From positions 45,586 through 109,585 of the IMG/VR virus record IMGVR_UViG_3300037424_001778: DNA of 64,000 nucleotides, one strand, 5' to 3'. Shown in pieces: positions 12,001 to 21,508 of this stretch. Made by a program: the position numbers and the translations under genes. Numbering within the stretch: the first letter of the stretch is position 1; the number at the start of each line of letters is the position of its first letter. This stretch comes from a virus. The notes beneath the pieces were generated by a model. That model was not told the DNA's origin and did no database searches. It saw only the letters and a list, made by a program, of their open reading frames with translations.

Positions 12001-14622
12001 ATGAATATGTTCCGACGCTGCACCCCAGCCGATTTGTCCTACGGCATCACGGCCACACTGCGGGACGCAGACAACGGAGGCCACAGCCTGGCTGAGGGAT
12101 TCGGCGTTGGATTCGATTGGAGCGACTTCGCTGTATACATGCACTCTCGCGCAACCACCGAACTATCTCCCGGCGCCACGTCCATCATGTGGCGATACTA
12201 CCGCCAGGGTCCAGAAGGAAACTACGCGTGCGTTGGGTATTCATATCCCGCCACTCCAAGCTCTCCTGTCGGCGTGTCAGTCGACAGCCGGTCGTCTGAC
12301 TACGTCAATGTTAGCGTTTCGCTAGCGTCTTCCGCCGCTCGCACTCTACCCAACTTCCGAGCCACAACGTATGTTGGACGGGCCATCACATTAATCGACG
12401 TACCAAACGGGCTCTCGACCTACACCGAGTTCTTCAACGTGTCCGTGTCGGCCGGGGCACGCCTAACAGGAACGACAACCCTCACCCTGACCACTCCAGG
12501 ACTAGGGCACGGGCTTTTGGATGGCGACCAAATCTACGTGAACCTGTCTGACCCATCGTTCCCAAGCGGGCCGAAGACAATTACCGCTCACGGCACCAAT
12601 ACGGTCTCGTATTCGGACCCTGGTGTAGATAGCGTGATGGTTGGGACCGGAACCGTCAGCCGCGACGTTGGAGGAATCGCTTCTTTGTCTGGGGCCAGCG
12701 CTCTGGTTGGCGACATTCGCACGTTCAGCGGAACAACGGCAAAGGCCCTCACACTGGCCGACGACAAAATCACCTACTCCCTCCCTGGCGTTGGGGTTGT
12801 GGGCTCCGTGCTGGTGTGGGTGCCAGTGGTGGCGACGTCCAATTACAAGCTCTACCCCCTCGACGCTTCCGCCAATACGACGTCCGCAATCGTCACATCC
12901 GTGAACGCCCTCGCCGGTACGCCGATAACAGGAGTAGAAAAAACGGCCGGAACTATTTCGTGGGCAACCTACGAGGCTCCGGCCAATGGACTCGGCGCAA
13001 TTGCACCTTGGTTCTCTTTCCAAGATGGCGTCAACTTCGTTCGGTCGACCAACACGCCAGCTCTACCCACTGACGATTTCGTATTCACGTTCAAAGACAA
13101 CGTGGCGACTGGCCTTGTCGACTGGCCCAACGAAGATGTGCGTCTTGTGCCAACAACGGCCAAGAACGTAGTCGATTATCTCAACACGGCAGCAGTAAGC
13201 GGTCTCTTCAGCTCGGCAGAAATTGTCCCAGCGCTACAGAACAAAAATCCGCAACTCACCACCATTACCCCTGGCGGCCTCGGTTCTATTCAGGCCAGTG
13301 GCGGGTCGGCCAACGCTCTGTCGGCGGCTGTCATCGGCAGTGCGGTCGTCTCGGGCACTGGCTGCACCTTCGCCGTTTCGTCGTCCGAGGTCGTCGGTCT
13401 TGGTGGGGATACTTGGGTCGCTTTGAATAACGCTATCGCGGGTCCCAAGTCCATCATTTCGTCTGCTACCGGCCTGACCACACTCGACGCTACAGGTCGC
13501 GTGGTCATCACCGGCACCCAAGCCTGGACGTCTCGCACCAACATCGATGGCGACACTTGGCAAGTCGAAAAGCAGGGCCACTTTACCGCCTATGTGTGGA
13601 ACGGGGCTCTGCCTCCTGGTGGATTTGCTTCCATTCAAGAGGGCGACTGGGCTGTCGTTGACCCCTCATTGGTTGACCCCGCGTACCCGACCACAGGTAC
13701 CATGAACTCCCTCAACCGTGGAGCGTTCAGAGTGGTCCGAACCGAACCGTCCACCTATACGTTCTGGATTGAGAACGCCAATACCGTCGAGGAGGTGGCA
13801 TCGGCTGATATTCACTTCTTCACCTTCGACAGCGTAATGCCCAACGACTCCCTCACCATCAACACTACGTTGTGGGGGGTCGACAATCTTGGCACCTGGA
13901 AAGTGACCTCGCTCGACCTCACCAACGCCTTCGCCTTCCGACTCAACACAACCTCTCGCACCCCAATCGCCATCGGGCCAGTAGGGGCGTTGGGCTCATC
14001 CGCTGGGCTTGTTCAAATCCACGAAGCCACTCCGGGCCGTCTCATCAAAAAGGTTCTCAGCATCGCTCCCAATGGGGCTTGGTCTGACGTCAAGGTCAGC
14101 ACTCCGGGCGGGCTAGCTGGAATCAGTGCAGCAGTGGGAACCGTGCTGAGTTCTCTAGACAAACTCGCTCTAGGAGCAGAACTAGTTCCAGGAGTGGACG
14201 GGTATACCCACTACACGGGCCTAATCGCCGAAGCGAACCGAGTCATCTACGCGGACGAGTCGCAATCCAGTAGCTACCCTGGGATTGCTGCAGCCGGAGC
14301 AGGCCTCAATATCAACGGGTCCCTCATCCGAAGAATCCAAGTGTCGCTTGGGGTTCGAACCAAGACTGGCGTCTCCACCCAAGACATCAAAGACACTGTT
14401 CGGTCCAATGTGGCTTCGGTCATCAACCAGACACCTGTCGGAGTTCCGGTCTCTATCGGGGCCTTGGTCGCGGCTGCACAAAAGGTAAACGGAGTTGTAG
14501 GAGTGAGCGTTCTGAGCCCAGCCTACGGCCCAGGCAACGACCTGATTGCAATCCAACCCTATGAGAAGCCTTTCGTGGTGAACCTCGAGCAGGACATCCT
14601 GGTTACCCTGGTTGGCGACTGA
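9079..14622 (+). CDS. Very large baseplate J-like wedge protein (1847 aa, GTG start)
   Basis: 'NGRDTEDDDTYRERIRQARQSRSKGT' and a J-type C-terminus (IKDTVRSNVASVINQTPVGVPVSIGALVAAAQKVNGV) flank a long beta-rich insert. Confidence 0.75.
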   Translation: MANIPLPRSRNQIVGGMINTILSRTGYPSLQVGNPVLSFVEAAGQSDLRGSQDTFNALNANSLDRAEKQALDRAGADEDCLRLAQSPSTGNLTITDTSFTKISTSIYQGAAAPIVGAPVLLVESAQDFPAIGGNLYIGRGTKNYEGPIPYTATANMGSYWTISLGAGGTTKFHNLGESVVFARGGNRTIDVGTTVRTSQGNAGSSVQFATSFAAVIPDGETTVLNVPATARIPGTVGNVVMNSVVEFVSAPFTGAAVTNPIPFANGRDTEDDDTYRERIRQARQSRSKGTAIAIKSGIIGLTAPDENNRILSASVVVRQGEPTTVYIDDGTGYEEKTVGIAYEAIVDSAIGGEQYFQLANGRPVAKAFLKSTLQAPFALTAGAELAVEVGGRRSTHIFQAADFAAVANATSYEVVASINADPTLGWTARTADGRTDVSVFAKADANETIQVATPGVGAFDANVAFGFPTQRAESLWLYQDDRLLSKDGRLASLTTKTHSSWSSISTGDTLLIEVDGIPLTITVNDIDFVNAGTSYISVSQANSLSAWAKVLNRLIPGVTTSVSGGSLTLTSNRDRSSEASLRVTGGVIGAAVFAETESFGMNSDYTLDRNLGQLKLDTPLLAGSRLTAGSFATRSFLETPSFSALTVAAEGTSVAGQLGAEIWLVVDGNAAVVPVSVGPGSSLQVSGAVESWGQRVRYTSPTALNLFENAQRGDWLIATDAAFSVDNRGAFRIVDIATSSPFSWVEVEQSLTWGAAELVSLTNGGLKVVRASAVPQRIYIGTAGNPWTASTLAAAISSQIEGGEAATYRTTRVRVRTNTFTADGSIACVAGNQAGVALGFAMLDAEASGVSHLANLRTTNSQNGTPSFVTYSVSSTTGPTVVDYGSGIAPSSGSIFEGLKSIPDLPGTSGPRWGNDDYFSSLEYRAGTVLHLRQPVIKQWLPEQRFYAASPFAITPNDQLGLVVDGDVVSKRYVMNMFRRCTPADLSYGITATLRDADNGGHSLAEGFGVGFDWSDFAVYMHSRATTELSPGATSIMWRYYRQGPEGNYACVGYSYPATPSSPVGVSVDSRSSDYVNVSVSLASSAARTLPNFRATTYVGRAITLIDVPNGLSTYTEFFNVSVSAGARLTGTTTLTLTTPGLGHGLLDGDQIYVNLSDPSFPSGPKTITAHGTNTVSYSDPGVDSVMVGTGTVSRDVGGIASLSGASALVGDIRTFSGTTAKALTLADDKITYSLPGVGVVGSVLVWVPVVATSNYKLYPLDASANTTSAIVTSVNALAGTPITGVEKTAGTISWATYEAPANGLGAIAPWFSFQDGVNFVRSTNTPALPTDDFVFTFKDNVATGLVDWPNEDVRLVPTTAKNVVDYLNTAAVSGLFSSAEIVPALQNKNPQLTTITPGGLGSIQASGGSANALSAAVIGSAVVSGTGCTFAVSSSEVVGLGGDTWVALNNAIAGPKSIISSATGLTTLDATGRVVITGTQAWTSRTNIDGDTWQVEKQGHFTAYVWNGALPPGGFASIQEGDWAVVDPSLVDPAYPTTGTMNSLNRGAFRVVRTEPSTYTFWIENANTVEEVASADIHFFTFDSVMPNDSLTINTTLWGVDNLGTWKVTSLDLTNAFAFRLNTTSRTPIAIGPVGALGSSAGLVQIHEATPGRLIKKVLSIAPNGAWSDVKVSTPGGLAGISAAVGTVLSSLDKLALGAELVPGVDGYTHYTGLIAEANRVIYADESQSSSYPGIAAAGAGLNINGSLIRRIQVSLGVRTKTGVSTQDIKDTVRSNVASVINQTPVGVPVSIGALVAAAQKVNGVVGVSVLSPAYGPGNDLIAIQPYEKPFVVNLEQDILVTLVGD

Positions 14623-14640
14623 TGGTAGAATGGTGACTTC

Positions 14641-16320
14641 GTGAACCTAACAGGACTGACAGACGGAACCGAACGAGAGACGGCCGCGACGGTCATCCGT
14701 AAGCATTTGTCTCAAGCCATCGGCGGCCCCATGACGGACGCCTTGATAGAAGCTCTGGCTTGGAGCGACGACGTCAACTGGACCAACACGATACTGGCGT
14801 TCGACCAGCTCTTCAAGGCTACAGCCTCCGGGAAGTATCTCACACGCCTAGCGGCAAACGACGGCCTCGAGCGGCCCAAGGACCTTGGGATTTCGGACGA
14901 CCTCTTTCGACTGTTGGCAATACGTCTCAACGCCAACAAAATCACCCTGCAGGCCCTACGCGAAGTCCTCGAGATATTTTATGGGCGCGACGCCCTACAC
15001 GCTTACGCCGAGACTTCCTTGGTCGAACCATTCTCTTTGTCTTCTGGTTTGGACTTGGAGTGGACGATAGACGAATCGCAGTCCTACCGGGTTGAGTTCT
15101 TGCCTGAGTGGTTCACGCAAATCACCAGCGCCAGCGCCTTGGAGGTTTCATCTGTTTTGACCAAGGTGATGAGTGATGCTGGGTCCACGGGCTTTGCCGT
15201 GTCGGTTGTCGACCCAGAGACGGGCGAGACCAAGGTTCGTATCTACAGCGGCTCTCTTGGCCTGAAGTCGTTTGTGAGGGTGAATGGTGGGCGCGCCCAA
15301 CCTTGGCTTAGATTCGATTCCTACAAGGAGGTGTACGGAGGTTCGGCCGCAGGGTTGGTTTGGGTGTATTCGGTCCCGAGCCCCAACGTGACCCGTCTGT
15401 CTCTTACTACTGTAGGTATACCGCTGGTCGACATTTCGATTGTAGAGGCAGGCGACTACCTCGTGATTGGCTCTGGGGTTGGTACCATCACACCAGGCAC
15501 ATATCGAATCTTGGACGTGTCCACAGAATGGAGCGGTGGAAGCTTCATCCAGCGCGTTGACCTCGATGCAGATTTGGGATTCGTAGGCGCAATCACCCAG
15601 TCATCCAACAATGACTACCGCTATTTTTCCCCGACCAAGAAGACCACGCTCAACGGCTCACGAACGGTTGTAGTCGCGCAGGTCTCACCTCACAGGGTGG
15701 ATATCCAAATCCCTGCCACGACCCAAGTAGTCAACAGGAATCCGCACTCTGCCGCGTACGCTCGTATCGACAATTCACCGCGACCCCCGGGAGACCCGGG
15801 CCCATACATCTATGACCCCCAGAATGGTCTAGCTGTCACAGCCATCCAAAGCACGCTGACGTCCCCCCTTCTCAAGTCGCAGCACTACGAGTACGTCGAC
15901 GTTCTCAGCGCAGCCGACTTCCCCGATGGGCCAGGATACTTCGTGTTGGGGTTCGGTCGCTCGCTCCAATCGAGCCCAATAAAGTACCTCAAGAAGATTG
16001 GGCCCAGTCGCCTATTGATTGACTTTGGGTACGGCATGGAGTTCGATTACTTGGCCGGCACAACCATCGACTGTCTTTCAGCGCGTGGACCATGGGTCCC
16101 AGCCTCACCTGCAGACACAGGCAACTTCTACATCACGGGTAGCGCTGCTGGGCGACTTGTGGCTCAATCCACATCTACCGACGCAGCCGCAGCCGGCATC
16201 GAACTAGATTTCACGGTTGTCTATCCGGGCGACCGAGGAGTCGGTGGGGAAGGCTACCCAACCGAAGGCGAAGGAAAATTGTCCGATATTGTAGAAATTT
16301 TTGGCGGGGACGAAGTATGA
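14641..16320 (+). CDS. Putative baseplate wedge protein (GTG start)
   Basis: Follows J; 'ITLQALREVLEIFYG' resembles gpI/gp7-type wedge proteins. Confidence 0.5.
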   Translation: MNLTGLTDGTERETAATVIRKHLSQAIGGPMTDALIEALAWSDDVNWTNTILAFDQLFKATASGKYLTRLAANDGLERPKDLGISDDLFRLLAIRLNANKITLQALREVLEIFYGRDALHAYAETSLVEPFSLSSGLDLEWTIDESQSYRVEFLPEWFTQITSASALEVSSVLTKVMSDAGSTGFAVSVVDPETGETKVRIYSGSLGLKSFVRVNGGRAQPWLRFDSYKEVYGGSAAGLVWVYSVPSPNVTRLSLTTVGIPLVDISIVEAGDYLVIGSGVGTITPGTYRILDVSTEWSGGSFIQRVDLDADLGFVGAITQSSNNDYRYFSPTKKTTLNGSRTVVVAQVSPHRVDIQIPATTQVVNRNPHSAAYARIDNSPRPPGDPGPYIYDPQNGLAVTAIQSTLTSPLLKSQHYEYVDVLSAADFPDGPGYFVLGFGRSLQSSPIKYLKKIGPSRLLIDFGYGMEFDYLAGTTIDCLSARGPWVPASPADTGNFYITGSAAGRLVAQSTSTDAAAAGIELDFTVVYPGDRGVGGEGYPTEGEGKLSDIVEIFGGDEV

Positions 16321-16736
16321 GGCAAAAAACCATAGTCAGCGCCGGGGTAATCTTGCATTTGAATGGCCGCCCATACGGTCGCGTGACTGCGTTTCAGTGG
16401 TCCTCCGATACGCCCCGTTCGGCTAAATACGGGCTGGACTCCCCCCTGCCTGTCGAGCTGGCCCCGACCATCACCAGGATTACCGGGACCGTGGGTGTGG
16501 TCCGCACGGTGGGGGATGGCGGTATCGAAGGGGCCGGGATGACGACCGCGTTCGAAAAACTGGTCAGAGAAAAGTATTTCATGTTGCAGTTGATAGAGCG
16601 CCGTTCTGACACGGTAGTGTTCGAAGCAAAAAACTGCAGCGTGGCCAAGCAGTCTTGGTCAGTGCCAGAAAAGGGCAAAGTGACCGGCGAGATTGCTTTT
16701 GAGGCCTTGTCTTGGGCTAACGAGCAAACTCAGTAA
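16317..16736 (+). CDS. Tail-tube-like protein (139 aa)
   Basis: Tube-protein size and pattern (GRVTAFQWS...YGLDSPLPVELAPTITRITGTVGVVR); ATGA overlap with upstream gene. Confidence 0.5.
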   Translation: MRQKTIVSAGVILHLNGRPYGRVTAFQWSSDTPRSAKYGLDSPLPVELAPTITRITGTVGVVRTVGDGGIEGAGMTTAFEKLVREKYFMLQLIERRSDTVVFEAKNCSVAKQSWSVPEKGKVTGEIAFEALSWANEQTQ

Positions 16737-16758
16737 TCTAAATACACAGGGTGACACA

Positions 16759-19362
16759 ATGGCCGTAACCAGATCCTTCAACTTTCTTTCGCAGATGAGG
16801 CTAGACGTCCCGCACTTCCGGGCCATTGAGTCGGCTATATGTGCAGACTTCGACGTACTCGCCGGGTTGAGCTTGGCAGGCGACAAAGCCCTGGTGCTGC
16901 GTGGATTTGTACTCAGCGGCGTGGCTAGCGGAGCGCCAGCCGTCGGCCTGCAAATGGCCACCGCCGATGGGATTGTCTGGAATCGCCAAGCCACCGAGTC
17001 TGGTACTTTTTTGTGGGTTCCGACCACACAGCCAATTGAACTTCTCAATCCAGCTACCAACGCCCGCGTCACTGGAGGCTGGACCGTTGGAACTATAAAC
17101 TATGTCGGGCTCAGTTTTGTCCGACTTGCCGATGATTCGACGATAGACTTGGCCCAGTTCATCGACTCTTCGACCCTCCTCGAGACCCCCAAGCTCGTTC
17201 CGCTAGGAAAGACCCTAGACTATCGCGTACACATCAGCGTCACTCCCTTTACCGCTTCGCCCGACATCGCACCCGTAGCTGTAGTGACCCTCGACTCCAA
17301 CGGGTTCATTTCAGATATCGAGGACGCTCGCAACTTGATGTACCGTCTCGGCGGCGGCGGCGACGCTCCGGACAAATACAACTTCTTTACTGGCTGGACC
17401 CGCAAAGAGAACTTCGGCACGCTCGACAATACCATCTTCAGTGGCGGCGATAAGGGCATTTGGAACCTCAAGGATTGGATGGACGCCTCCATGACACGCA
17501 CATGGGAGCTGGGCGGGGGAGAGTTCTGGTATTCAAACACATCTGACCGCAACGTAAACATGGTCACTCACGGAGCTCCGTTCGGCACTGGTGAGTACTT
17601 TACGTGGGACCTAGGGACTCAGACCCTGGCCTGGCAAGGTATCCGCTTCCTGTACGAAAACTCCACTTCATACACCATCGATGTGGCGGACGGCTCGGCG
17701 TCCCCACTGCTGGCGGGTGAGGCTCTCTATGTAGACTTGGACAGGACGGGGAGCCCGGGCCCCCTGACAGCATACAAGGCCCCTTTGCTTACGCTCGGGT
17801 CGGGTTCTCCTTTCGCGCGGTGGGTTATCGCCTGGCGTGATAGCAACCAAATATATGCTCGTGGATGGCGCTACCCGGTTGGGACTCTGTTCGTACCCGC
17901 GACCCCGACATCTCAGGGCGTTGTCAAAATCAGTCGAGATTATCTGGGCGTCAATACGCCATCTCCATCGGGCGCTCTTGACCCAATCGCGATTTCGGAC
18001 CGTGGCGGTTTTATCTACGCGCCTAGCGGGCAAAATGGTCTGACCATACTGGGAGGTACTGGCGTTTCTGTAGGTACCGAGAGATGTCTCTTCATCGACA
18101 CGGCTGGGCAAGGTCCTGGTAGTTGCGGGATTGAAGTACGAAACGCAGACGCCCACGCCATCGAAGCCACCACGTTTGGCCCAGCTTATGCCTCTGCCGT
18201 CTATGCGGTGGGAGCTTCTGCCGGCACTAGGGGCGTTTGGGGTCGTAATACTGCTGCAGGGGTGGGGGGGCACGCTGGAGTGTTTGACAGTTCAGGCTCC
18301 GCTACGACGGTTGCCATTACGAGTAGTGCGACAGGAAGCGCTTTAGATATCGTCAGCGGCGGTACGCCGGCACCTAGCTCGGCCACTACTGTCACGATCG
18401 CTAGCGGCACAGGGGCGGGCGTAAGGATACAAGGCGGGGTGACGGGCGCGACCCCAGCCACTACCGGACTGGTAATCGATGGTCTGGCGGTTCCCGGGAA
18501 TGCTGGGATTGTAGCGGGTATTATAGCGACAGCATTGACCGGCACGGCCATTACGGGCATTTCATCATTTGGCAATGGCATATCGGGCACCGGCCAAACT
18601 GGCGTTTCTGGCACCGGCACCGTGCGGGGTGTGTCTGGTTCAGGCCCGATTGGCGTACTTGGCGACGGTACTGTATACGGCATGCAAGGTTCTACATCGG
18701 CGGCGGGGGCAACTGGCGTCTATGGGGTTAATAGCGCGGCTACCGGAAACAACTTTGGCGTCAGCGGCGTATGCACTGCCACCAGTGGGATTGGAATTGG
18801 AGTCGATGGCAATGGGAAGACATACGGCGCCAAAGGCGCCTCGACTGGGGGCACGGGAGTGTACGGGGAGGGCGGGTCGTATGGTGTGTACGGTCTAGGC
18901 CTCAACGATGGAGCCCCAGCCGGAAAGTTCGTAGGAAACACAGCAGGCGTCACAACCATCTCGACAAACGGCGTAGTCTCCTTTACGGGGCCGAACACTT
19001 CCACCGCGACTGGTGTTTCCAACAAGGTAACGCCAGACAACGTGGTCAAGGCGTACGGAAGAGTTAGCGTCAACACAAGCGGGGTCAGCTCCATTATCGG
19101 AGGATTTAATGTCACTGTCGGTGCGGCGCCTACGACACAGTTGATTGTCAATTTCATCGACGACATGGCCGACGATACATTTACGGTCGTTCCGGTTGCT
19201 AGCGACTGGCTTGGCTCGGGCGGGATTAGAGTAGGATGGGGTTTGACGCCAGGTTCGGGTGCATCATTCTATCTGTACTTATATACCGACGTGGGCGGTT
19301 CCGTCAATTGGGACGACGGAATGAATCGGTCTATTTCTTTTGCGGTCTACGGCCGTCAATAA
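16759..19362 (+). CDS. Tail fibre / receptor-binding protein
   Basis: Last large gene of the baseplate module, with a long Gly-rich G(V/I)xG repeat shaft in its C-terminal half. ATG at 16759 preferred over the longer ORF start. Confidence 0.65.
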   Translation: MAVTRSFNFLSQMRLDVPHFRAIESAICADFDVLAGLSLAGDKALVLRGFVLSGVASGAPAVGLQMATADGIVWNRQATESGTFLWVPTTQPIELLNPATNARVTGGWTVGTINYVGLSFVRLADDSTIDLAQFIDSSTLLETPKLVPLGKTLDYRVHISVTPFTASPDIAPVAVVTLDSNGFISDIEDARNLMYRLGGGGDAPDKYNFFTGWTRKENFGTLDNTIFSGGDKGIWNLKDWMDASMTRTWELGGGEFWYSNTSDRNVNMVTHGAPFGTGEYFTWDLGTQTLAWQGIRFLYENSTSYTIDVADGSASPLLAGEALYVDLDRTGSPGPLTAYKAPLLTLGSGSPFARWVIAWRDSNQIYARGWRYPVGTLFVPATPTSQGVVKISRDYLGVNTPSPSGALDPIAISDRGGFIYAPSGQNGLTILGGTGVSVGTERCLFIDTAGQGPGSCGIEVRNADAHAIEATTFGPAYASAVYAVGASAGTRGVWGRNTAAGVGGHAGVFDSSGSATTVAITSSATGSALDIVSGGTPAPSSATTVTIASGTGAGVRIQGGVTGATPATTGLVIDGLAVPGNAGIVAGIIATALTGTAITGISSFGNGISGTGQTGVSGTGTVRGVSGSGPIGVLGDGTVYGMQGSTSAAGATGVYGVNSAATGNNFGVSGVCTATSGIGIGVDGNGKTYGAKGASTGGTGVYGEGGSYGVYGLGLNDGAPAGKFVGNTAGVTTISTNGVVSFTGPNTSTATGVSNKVTPDNVVKAYGRVSVNTSGVSSIIGGFNVTVGAAPTTQLIVNFIDDMADDTFTVVPVASDWLGSGGIRVGWGLTPGSGASFYLYLYTDVGGSVNWDDGMNRSISFAVYGRQ

Positions 19363-19372
19363 TCTACCCACC

Positions 19373-19846
19373 ATGGTCGACCTAACCGCACTCTACCCAC
19401 AGTTTCGAGCCAAGATTGACCAACTCGTGGTCAATTGCAGGGCTCGTGGTTGTGAATACAAAGTCACTTCGGGCCTGCGCACCGTAGCGGAACAAGCTCA
19501 CCTATACTCCCTCGGGCGAACCGTCAAGAACCCAGACGGGGCGAGACCAAGTAAGCCTATGGGCAATATCGTCACCAAAGCGAAGGGCACGCAAAGCATG
19601 CACAACTTCGCATGTGCCGCAGATTTTGCGCGCATGGTCGACGGCAAGGCTGTATGGGGAGCCAAGGACTACGCTGTACTGGGCGAGGAGGCGGCCAAGC
19701 TTGGCCTAGATTGGGGCGGCAAATGGGTCGACCCTGTCGATTGCCCTCACGTTCAAATAGGTGGCATCAAATTGGGATTCTTGCAAGCCGCTTACAGCAA
19801 GGGCAAAATGCCCGAGGTCTTTAAGTACCTGGACACAGTCAAGTAA
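19373..19846 (+). CDS. Endolysin, peptidase M15 (L-Ala-D-Glu peptidase) family
   Basis: 'TSGLRTVAEQAHLYSLGRT', 'SMHNFACAAD' and 'WGGKW...DCPHVQ' motifs. Confidence 0.85.
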   Translation: MVDLTALYPQFRAKIDQLVVNCRARGCEYKVTSGLRTVAEQAHLYSLGRTVKNPDGARPSKPMGNIVTKAKGTQSMHNFACAADFARMVDGKAVWGAKDYAVLGEEAAKLGLDWGGKWVDPVDCPHVQIGGIKLGFLQAAYSKGKMPEVFKYLDTVK

Positions 19847-19868
19847 TCTTTTTCATCAAGGTGAACTC

Positions 19869-20219
19869 ATGGCCGGTCGAATCATAAATGACGTCTCGCA
19901 AACCATCAGCGCGGTTGCAGCTGACGGCACCATCACAGTTACCAACACGGCTGGGCTCTATGAGCGGGCGTATGGGTACCTGTACCTTGCCGGCCAAACG
20001 GGCGAAACCGTCAAAATTATGCGCATTCTGACCACGGGCGCTGGCGGGACAATCAAGGTACAGCGTGTAACTGACCCTCGCGGAAACATCATCAATCAGC
20101 TACCGCTAGGTCTGACGTCCGGCAACTATACCTACTTCAACGCCACCGCATATATCGGTGGCGTGATTTCGCTTCCCAGCCAAGTCATCAACAATTCTAA
20201 TGACCTAGGTTTAGCCTGA
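19869..20219 (+). CDS. Hypothetical late protein
   Basis: 116-aa ORF after TAATCT motif; last + strand gene before the strand switch. Confidence 0.5.
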   Translation: MAGRIINDVSQTISAVAADGTITVTNTAGLYERAYGYLYLAGQTGETVKIMRILTTGAGGTIKVQRVTDPRGNIINQLPLGLTSGNYTYFNATAYIGGVISLPSQVINNSNDLGLA

Positions 20220-21324
20220 TTACTTCACGACCTTGAACTCAACCTCGACCTGGAAGGACTCAAGGCCTTCTTCGGCTGGGACGACGTAGAAGTGCTCGGT
20301 CGAGACACCGGTCCCACAATTAACGGGCTCGTTGATTGAGGTGACATAAATCTCGTGCATGCGGTCGGCGTCTGGACCAGCCAGCATGGGCTCCTTTTGG
20401 GGGAGTCGCTCCGCAATCCAGTCCGCCATGCCATCGATGATTTCGAGCTGGTATTCGGGCGTTTCGGGCTGTGGGTCCAAGTCGGAGGGGGTTTCGCTCG
20501 CTGACAGCTTGGCGTCGAGTTCCCGAATCTTGGCGACAAGGGCCCAAATCTCGGACGGGAAGATGTGCTCGCACTTTGCTAGATGATTCTCGATGCTCTC
20601 GAGGGTAAAAACGTGGCCGCTTGTTGACGTCAGTTCCATGATTCGTTGCTCCTTGGTTTGTATGGGAAAAGTCTACTGCGTTTTGGGCCCTGCGTCAACC
20701 CCCAGGTCGTAACCGACCTCTGGTGGCGGAACATTGAAAATCGGGCTGTACCCAATCGGAATGCCTTCTTCGTCTCCTGTAGGCATTTCGACGATTTCGA
20801 ACCCCTTGGGGCGGCCCAACCGCAGAAGCTCTCTGACACAGTCCGACTTGTGGTCGCTGAGAAAGGCCAACTGTGAATCGCAGTGGCCGAATTTTGCAAT
20901 CAACCACCACTTCATTTGCTGGGGCATGGCACCATCCTGCTTCGGATATTGCATACTCGTTTTGCGTGGTTTTCTTCTTCTTCACTCAACAGCTTCTCAT
21001 AGATGGCGTTGTACTTCATGGCAGCTTCTTCGTACGAGTCGGCGCTGTAGACGTAATGCCATCGCTTAGAGTTTTTCCTCGGAGTCCACACCACCATTCC
21101 GGGAGGTGCGTAAGGGCCTGGCGCCAGCGTGTCCTCTTTGACCTGTCGCAGACTTAGGGCATTAAGGTTCGTCGAATCTACAATCCAAACAAGTTTCATG
21201 GATTTGCGTCCTTGATGTAGATGGGGAATGCTGGCTTGGAATCCTTCGGGGGTTGCAGTACCACGATGTAGTCCTTGGTTGTGCCCATCAGAACTCCGGT
21301 GGGGCTGAAGATTCGGTGGTTCAT
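20220..21324 (-). CDS. Four small hypothetical genes (20220-20639, 20673-20915, 20912-21199, 21196-21324)
   Basis: Tandem ORFs with ATGA overlaps at 20912-20915 and 21196-21199; the first (42 aa, MNHRIFSP...) sits just after a promoter. Confidence 0.55.
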
Positions 21325-21360
21325 GGATTGACTTATGCCACCTTCCCCGCCGAGTGTCAA
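21325..21360 (-). promoter_or_regulatory. Sigma70-type promoter, probably leaderless
   Basis: TTGACA-N17-CATAAG-N7-ATG. Confidence 0.55.
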
Positions 21361-21508
21361 GCGGCGGTTGCCTCCTTCAGGGCCTTTTTCGCGGCACGCT
21401 CGGCCTTCTTCTGGGCCTTGGCGGCTTGGAAGGTCATAACTATATCCAACATACTGCGGCGCCGAAATGTCCCGTTGCGGACTATATCTGAAGCCAGGAG
21501 GGCGAACT

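Noticed and set aside
200-20000. Many 60-200 aa antisense or overlapping ORFs in the ORF track
   Set aside because: Shadow ORFs of GC-rich coding sequence with no motifs or SD.
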